Of a stretch of 64,000 nucleotides of DNA, positions 58,469 to 64,000 are shown one piece after another. Positions within the stretch are counted from its first letter, which is position 1; every line of letters begins with the position of its first letter. The stretch spans positions 22,583-86,582 of the forward strand of contig CAMWKB010000001.1 in assembly GCA_947174705.1 (NCBI GenBank), written 5' to 3'. Position numbers and translations under genes: made by a program. The stretch comes from an uncultured Lachnospiraceae bacterium (GTDB taxonomy: Bacteria; Bacillota; Clostridia; Lachnospirales; Lachnospiraceae). The notes beneath the pieces were generated by a model. It was not told the DNA's origin and did not search any database. It saw nothing but the letters and a program-made list of their open reading frames with translations.

Positions 58469-59525
58469 TTTTTCCAACAGCCCCAATCTTTCCAACTTTC
58501 TGAAATAAATACTCCCTAATAAAATCCACCAGTGTCCCCAGCGCATAAATCAGTACAACGCACACAAGCATATGAGGCAGGATAAGCCATGTTCCTTTCA
58601 CATTATCTATATAAAGCCACTCCATCCACTCATAGCGTACAAGTATATGCTCATGCAAAAGATATATTCCAAATGTATAGGGCGCAAACCGCCTTATAAT
58701 TCCTGACGCTTTCCCTTCACGTATTTTCGTATTTTTAAATACGCAAAACAGGCCAATTGCTCCGATAAGGCATAGCACATGATTATATGTGTATGGCATT
58801 TCGGAATAATATGCGAACGCATCTATTCGGTTTCCCAATATACCAGCCGCTATAGACAATACAAATATGCACAAACACATACTCACATACAAAAACAAAG
58901 CGTGTTTCTTTTGCTCAAGCCATGACGGACAGTACAGGCGTATATATGCCGCGATAAGAAACAGGCATAAAAACCAGCCATAATCATAGCCGTATCTATC
59001 AGTTACAAACGAAACCGGTAAAACGGACTTTCCTACCGAAAAGAAAAGCAAAAGGACCACGATTACTTTCTGCAGTGATTTCTTATCCATCTTTTTTACT
59101 CCTGCAGCCAGCACCGGAGCAAAAATATACATCATGAGATATGCAGTAGCAAACCAGTAATGCTCGGTCTCAATTGGAAAAATAAAACCAATCCAGTCAT
59201 ACAAATCTAAATCATACCAGGATATCATGCCGATACACATCATCGCCACCGGTATCAGCAACGAATAAAAAAGAATCTGCAAAAGCAGGGATAAAACGCG
59301 CCCGGCCTTCCACTCAGATTCCACAAGAAAATATCCGCTTATAAGGACATAACAGTTCACTGCAACAATACAAAAAGCCTCTATCAGCCTTAAAATATAA
59401 TAAACAAACGTGTGGTCTATGGCGTCAGACACGCTACATCCTTTAACAATGTAATGCAGTGTAATGATCATAAACATTGCGACAATACGCAACAGTTCAA
59501 AATTAGCCTGTCGTTTTGAAGCCAT
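58458..59525 (-). CDS. Acyltransferase-3 family membrane O-acyltransferase
   Basis: FELLRIVAM..I...H, VNCYVLISGY, YWF, TFGIYLLH. Confidence 0.88.
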   Translation of the reverse strand: MASKRQANFELLRIVAMFMIITLHYIVKGCSVSDAIDHTFVYYILRLIEAFCIVAVNCYVLISGYFLVESEWKAGRVLSLLLQILFYSLLIPVAMMCIGMISWYDLDLYDWIGFIFPIETEHYWFATAYLMMYIFAPVLAAGVKKMDKKSLQKVIVVLLLFFSVGKSVLPVSFVTDRYGYDYGWFLCLFLIAAYIRLYCPSWLEQKKHALFLYVSMCLCIFVLSIAAGILGNRIDAFAYYSEMPYTYNHVLCLIGAIGLFCVFKNTKIREGKASGIIRRFAPYTFGIYLLHEHILVRYEWMEWLYIDNVKGTWLILPHMLVCVVLIYALGTLVDFIREYLFQKVGKIGAVGKNDR

Positions 59526-59542
59526 ACCTACACCCCTCCGTC

Positions 59543-59971
59543 CTATTTTTTTTCGGTAAAAATCCAGATTTTACTCAAAATATAATTGCTTACAATAACC
59601 ACCACCTGGGCAATCAGCTTCGCAATATTGGAATTAATTCCCGCCTTATCTACCATTAGATACATAAGCAGCATCTCTAGTAAAAGCGTTGCAACCCTGG
59701 CTCCGATAAATGCAATAAATTCTTTTGCCAGACTTGAGAGCCCGGCATTTTTGCTTTTGAATACAAAGGCATGATTGGTCCAGTATGCAAACACCACTGT
59801 CAACAGCCATGATAAGTCTGTTGCAATCATGTAACCCGTGCCTATTATTGAATCAAAAACAATAAACAGTACATAATTCAGCACAAATGCCAGAAAACCG
59901 AAAATCAAGTAGTTTATTCCCTCTTCATACTTTTTATACATATCCCATATATATTTGAATAATTTCTTCAT
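59543..59971 (-). CDS. GtrA-family Und-P-monosaccharide flippase
   Basis: Four TMs; YLIFG, AYWTN..FVF, NYILSKIWIF. Confidence 0.88.
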   Translation of the reverse strand: MKKLFKYIWDMYKKYEEGINYLIFGFLAFVLNYVLFIVFDSIIGTGYMIATDLSWLLTVVFAYWTNHAFVFKSKNAGLSSLAKEFIAFIGARVATLLLEMLLMYLMVDKAGINSNIAKLIAQVVVIVSNYILSKIWIFTEKK

Positions 59972-59976
59972 TTTAT

Positions 59977-61728
59977 CTACCGCTCCCTCACAGCCTTACC
60001 GCCCTCAACGCGGTAAACCATATCGCACTTTTCAATCGTCTGAAGTCTGTGTGCAATAATAATCAGTGTCTTACGTCCCTGAAGCCTGTTAATCGAATCC
60101 ATGATTGCCGCTTCCGTATCATTATCCAATGCCGAAGTAGCCTCGTCCAATACCAATACTTCCGGATCTTCAAACAATGCCCTTGCAATACCGATACGCT
60201 GCCTCTGTCCGCCGGAAATACGTATTCCACGCTCACCTATGCTGGTATCCAAGCCCTCAGGAAGTCCTTTTACAAACTCGTCCAACTGCGCCTCCCTAAG
60301 CGCCTCCCATACCTTATCATCGTCAATATCCTCATCCGCATATCCGAATGCTACATTTTTACGAATTGATGAATCAATCATAAAGATAGTCTGAGGAATA
60401 TAACCTATGTTTTTCAGCCATTCCTGATAATGTTCCCGGACTTCCACTCCGTCGGCAAGAATTTCACCATCCTGCAAGCGCAAAAGCCCCAGAAGAATAT
60501 CTACTACTGTTGTCTTGCCGGCGCCGGATGTACCCACTATGCCGACACTTTTTCCAACAGGAATCTCCATATCGGCATTGTCGAAAATCAGCACATTAGT
60601 GTTCGGATATTTGTATGTGATGTTTTTAAGTTCAATTTTTTCCTTAACCGGCAGCTTATCAACATCCACTTTTTTCAAATAAGTTTCCGCATTATAATCA
60701 ATGCTCTCATCTCTGATTTCTTCCTGTAAATTATCGCTTACGCCCATAAAGAAAGGCTCAAAATAAGCTATGGACGTAAGATGGTTATTAATTCTGTTTG
60801 CACATGGAATAAGACGCATTGCAACCAGCGCAAGTAAAGTAAGCTGCGGCATAATTTCCTCTACAAGCGTTCCGCTTAGAATCTGCCACATCATATACAG
60901 TATCATTCCCGCAATCGCAACCGTCTCGATCAGTAATCTCGGCGTTGCATTGTACAGATTATACCGCTGTACCGCATTGACATATCCGGCTCCGCATTTA
61001 GAATATTCATTTATAAAATAATTTTCTCTTGCCGCAATTTTTATTTCCTTAATTCCCATTACAGACTGTTCAATCCATTTATATAAACCGCTGTAATAAT
61101 CCTGATTTTCTTCTCCTGCCTTTTTCATAATAGGCTTCAAAATACATTTAATTACAATAAGCACTATCACTATAAGAACCGTAACCGTAATAGTCATCCA
61201 CATATCCGAAACAAAGCTCGCCGTTACAAGAAAAACAAATACAATCAATTCACTTATCAGCTGCAAAAGCGCCAGAATCAGTCCATACATATTATTTACA
61301 TCAGAAGTAATACTTCTTTGAATTACAGAGGTATCCGCATTCAGATAATATTCATAAGGCCGCTGCATAAAGTTGATCATCATCCTTCTGGATGTGGCAA
61401 ACTGGTTAGTATAGACAAACTTAAGCTGTGCCTTCTGCTGGAAAAATAAGAAAATATTTTTAATTGCAAAAATTGCAATCAACGCCGTCATAACAAGAAT
61501 TGTCAGATCCCTCGTATTATCGATGCTAAAAATCCGGCAGATATACTGTAAATAAGCGTGCTTTTCAATAGCATTCTCCTCTACAACAACCGTCATTACC
61601 GGATAAATTGACGATACACCCAAAGTCTCCAGAACAGCGCCTATTAACATCATAAAAATCAAAAATACCATTTTCTTTTTTTGCTTTTTGTCCAGCAAAA
61701 CCATCAATTTATTATATATTTTCTTCAT
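59977..61728 (-). CDS. ABC exporter, fused TMD-NBD, PglK/WlaB-like (paralog of 11948-13747)
   Basis: GTSGAGKT, ISGGQRQR, LDEATSALD; shares LETLGVS, RPYE.YL.AD and PRLLIET with the first copy. Confidence 0.85.
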   Translation of the reverse strand: MKKIYNKLMVLLDKKQKKKMVFLIFMMLIGAVLETLGVSSIYPVMTVVVEENAIEKHAYLQYICRIFSIDNTRDLTILVMTALIAIFAIKNIFLFFQQKAQLKFVYTNQFATSRRMMINFMQRPYEYYLNADTSVIQRSITSDVNNMYGLILALLQLISELIVFVFLVTASFVSDMWMTITVTVLIVIVLIVIKCILKPIMKKAGEENQDYYSGLYKWIEQSVMGIKEIKIAARENYFINEYSKCGAGYVNAVQRYNLYNATPRLLIETVAIAGMILYMMWQILSGTLVEEIMPQLTLLALVAMRLIPCANRINNHLTSIAYFEPFFMGVSDNLQEEIRDESIDYNAETYLKKVDVDKLPVKEKIELKNITYKYPNTNVLIFDNADMEIPVGKSVGIVGTSGAGKTTVVDILLGLLRLQDGEILADGVEVREHYQEWLKNIGYIPQTIFMIDSSIRKNVAFGYADEDIDDDKVWEALREAQLDEFVKGLPEGLDTSIGERGIRISGGQRQRIGIARALFEDPEVLVLDEATSALDNDTEAAIMDSINRLQGRKTLIIIAHRLQTIEKCDMVYRVEGGKAVRER

Positions 61729-61818
61729 TGTGCGCCTTAATCCTTAATCTGATATTTGCAAATGATAGTAAACTTAAATTTTAATAACCGAAGCTTGTAC
61801 AATTCAAAGTATTGTCAC

Positions 61819-61847
61819 ATTTTACCATAGTAAGCAGGATAAGTCAA
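61819..61847 (-). promoter_or_regulatory. Sigma-A promoter TTGACT-17-TAAAAT (extended -10) heading the glycan cluster
   Basis: Near-consensus hexamers with a 17-bp spacer; overlaps the PL9 stop codon. Confidence 0.7.
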
Positions 61848-64000
61848 AAAGCACCAGCGCCTGCCTCTGCCATCCTGGCTTTTCCTATATCCGATAATTC
61901 CAGAAATCCATTTAAATTAATTGTTCCGTCTTCATTTCTGCCAAGTGAGGATATACTCTGACAATTTTCATTGATCCATTTTTCATAATCAAGACTCTCA
62001 AACCATTCATCAGATACGCTGATTGACGGCTTGCAATTTGAAAAAGATTCTTTCATAGAAGCTTCATCGGTACAGGTCGTATAGTATCTGTAATATTCCG
62101 GACCGGGCTCCGAGCCACTTATGAGCTTATTCCAGAAAAAGTTTGTGTTATTGAATATCTTACAGGCACAATCATCCTGTGTATTAATGATAGATGAAAC
62201 TTCATCTTTTACTTTAACCCCGATTTGATCCTCAACATCAATAGCAACATTTTTTCTATATGAGATTACTCCGTTTGCCTTAAAATCTGTTTTCGCCACA
62301 CTGCTATACATCGCTACATTGTGACTCTCATTATCAAAAGAAATGGAACCATAAACCTGAATATCATTACAGGAATTACTGTCAATACCTTTTAACCTAT
62401 TATGAAATGCGACGGAATTCTTAAGCGTATGATGCCCGCTAAGAGAGCTTCCGCCCAGCTTATAACCGTTACCGCTGCCCGCCTCTACTATCTCATAGTT
62501 GTCGGATTCATCAAACCACACCAGTTCATGCGTAACCTTGTCACGGATTACCCGGCCATTATCAAAGGATACACAATTTTTAATCGTTACCATTCCGATA
62601 TTACCGCTTTGCACTTTGGCAAATAAATCCCAGCCGTCATCCGCATTAAATGCGGAAATACAGCCATCGAATACGTTTCCGTTTCCGGCAGATAGTTTAG
62701 CGGCAAAACCGTCTGCATCAGTGTAACCTGCATCCGCATTCAGACACGACGTACAATTCAAAATCAGATTGTATGAAGGCCAGTTATCAAACTTATCCAA
62801 ATCAAGAAGTTTGGATATCTGCAGCCCTGTATTACCGTTCTTGTAAATATTCAGACCTTCCAATATATTATGATTTCCGGACACACGGATTCCCTGCATA
62901 TGATTACCGGATCTGGTTACATCAAAGCCTTTTAAATGCCACCAGTCACCTGCCACTACCATACCGATGCATTGACTATTAAAGTCAAAAACAGGTCTTG
63001 CACCTGTTTCCTTATTACATGTTTCCGGATCTGCCAGCATATAAATCATTTTATCCTTAGTACCGTTAATCCCCCTGTCTATATTGACGGTCTTTGTTAA
63101 GCTATATATGCCGCCTGTCAAATATATAGACTGCGCCGGTTGTGCGTACTTAACCGCAGTATAAATATCAAGCGGACTTGCTTTGCTGCCGTCCCCGTCT
63201 GCCCTGCCATCAGGTGCTACATATATAATGCCGCTCTCCTCACCGAATTTTTTCCAATCAACCGAAAACGTACTTACCTCAGGTTCATAGCTTGTAAGTA
63301 TTGTATGCGGTCTTCCTTTACATGGGTCATAATCAGCTACAGGATTATAAATTGCCTTAAACTTATTAATTCCTATGTGTAACTTTACCGGTACAATTAA
63401 TATAACTTCTTCACCAAATTTTCCCTCTTTTGGTTCCATTACATCCTGCTTTAATACCGTACCTGCCTCATCTGTAATAGTTACTGTTCCTTTCCAGTTC
63501 GCATTGTAAATCAGATTATAATCTTCACCATTCGCCGTTGAAGCACCTGAAAAATATGTCCTGAGCTTCACTTTTCTATCCGGTCTTCTTTCCGGCTGTT
63601 TCTCAGGGTCATAACGGCTTGTCGTAAAAGAAACGTTACTGTAAGTAACATCTGCAAATCTCGTTGCAAAAAATCCCACATAAACAGTATTCTTCTCACA
63701 CATGCTAAGCGCATTTCTGTCATAATATTTATTGGTTACCGTCTCACCTTCCGTGAAGCTGCCGTCAGCATTTTTAGTTAGTTGTGTATAACTGACAAAG
63801 TAACCTGTCTCATTTAATTCTATTGACAACTTAAGATCCACTATAGGCTCCGGCACCATCTCAGTTGAGCCTAACGCTTCATTTCCTATAATATTGTTAT
63901 ACTTATCCGTATGCACCGATGTTTCCAAGGGCAGCGTTTGTGTATCATAATACTTAGCTACTGCCGCCACAACATCATTCTCAAATACCGGAAGATTTTC
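61844..64000 (-). CDS. PL9 pectate lyase-like beta-helix protein, 3' part only (5' end beyond the window)
   Basis: DADGFAAK, NADDGWDLF, GNGYKLGG. The frame stays open to 64000 (ENLPVFENDVVAA). Confidence 0.85.
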   Translation of the reverse strand, partial: ENLPVFENDVVAAVAKYYDTQTLPLETSVHTDKYNNIIGNEALGSTEMVPEPIVDLKLSIELNETGYFVSYTQLTKNADGSFTEGETVTNKYYDRNALSMCEKNTVYVGFFATRFADVTYSNVSFTTSRYDPEKQPERRPDRKVKLRTYFSGASTANGEDYNLIYNANWKGTVTITDEAGTVLKQDVMEPKEGKFGEEVILIVPVKLHIGINKFKAIYNPVADYDPCKGRPHTILTSYEPEVSTFSVDWKKFGEESGIIYVAPDGRADGDGSKASPLDIYTAVKYAQPAQSIYLTGGIYSLTKTVNIDRGINGTKDKMIYMLADPETCNKETGARPVFDFNSQCIGMVVAGDWWHLKGFDVTRSGNHMQGIRVSGNHNILEGLNIYKNGNTGLQISKLLDLDKFDNWPSYNLILNCTSCLNADAGYTDADGFAAKLSAGNGNVFDGCISAFNADDGWDLFAKVQSGNIGMVTIKNCVSFDNGRVIRDKVTHELVWFDESDNYEIVEAGSGNGYKLGGSSLSGHHTLKNSVAFHNRLKGIDSNSCNDIQVYGSISFDNESHNVAMYSSVAKTDFKANGVISYRKNVAIDVEDQIGVKVKDEVSSIINTQDDCACKIFNNTNFFWNKLISGSEPGPEYYRYYTTCTDEASMKESFSNCKPSISVSDEWFESLDYEKWINENCQSISSLGRNEDGTINLNGFLELSDIGKARMAEAGAGAF

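Overview
Low-GC Bacillota (Firmicutes) chromosomal DNA; gene content looks Lachnospiraceae-like (inference). Nearly the whole window is one minus-strand surface-glycan supercluster of about 50 genes. It appears to hold several pathways: (i) a Wzx/Wzy polysaccharide module with a WcaJ/CpsE-type priming transferase and a pyruvyl transferase (1-7.6 kb); (ii) a GT17/GT11/DUF5672 block with a PglK-like ABC flippase (7.6-16 kb); (iii) a Campylobacter pgl-like oligosaccharide pathway (PglF, PglE, PglC, PglA/J-like GT4s) with WbpO/WbpP, two AsnB amidotransferases, a formyltransferase, two deacetylases, an ATP-grasp-HAD fusion and an 852-aa ligase/O-OTase-like membrane protein (16-46 kb); (iv) a WecE/GNAT/GtrB/GT-C/GtrA extracytoplasmic decoration system plus an AT3 acyltransferase, a GH114 lipoprotein and a second PglK-like ABC (48.6-61.7 kb). 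Non-glycan inserts are an HD hydrolase, a WYL-MmcQ-GyrI-like putative genotoxin-defence operon, a MerR-ABC unit, a cytoplasmic hybrid kinase and a small coiled-coil gene (the only plus-strand CDS). A PL9 pectate lyase is truncated at the right edge. Intergenic DNA holds a TA-flanked MITE-like element, a long leader hairpin, tandem AT-rich repeats and a dispersed short repeat. No rRNA, tRNA, CRISPR array or transposase was seen. All family calls come from motif recognition by eye; no database search was run.
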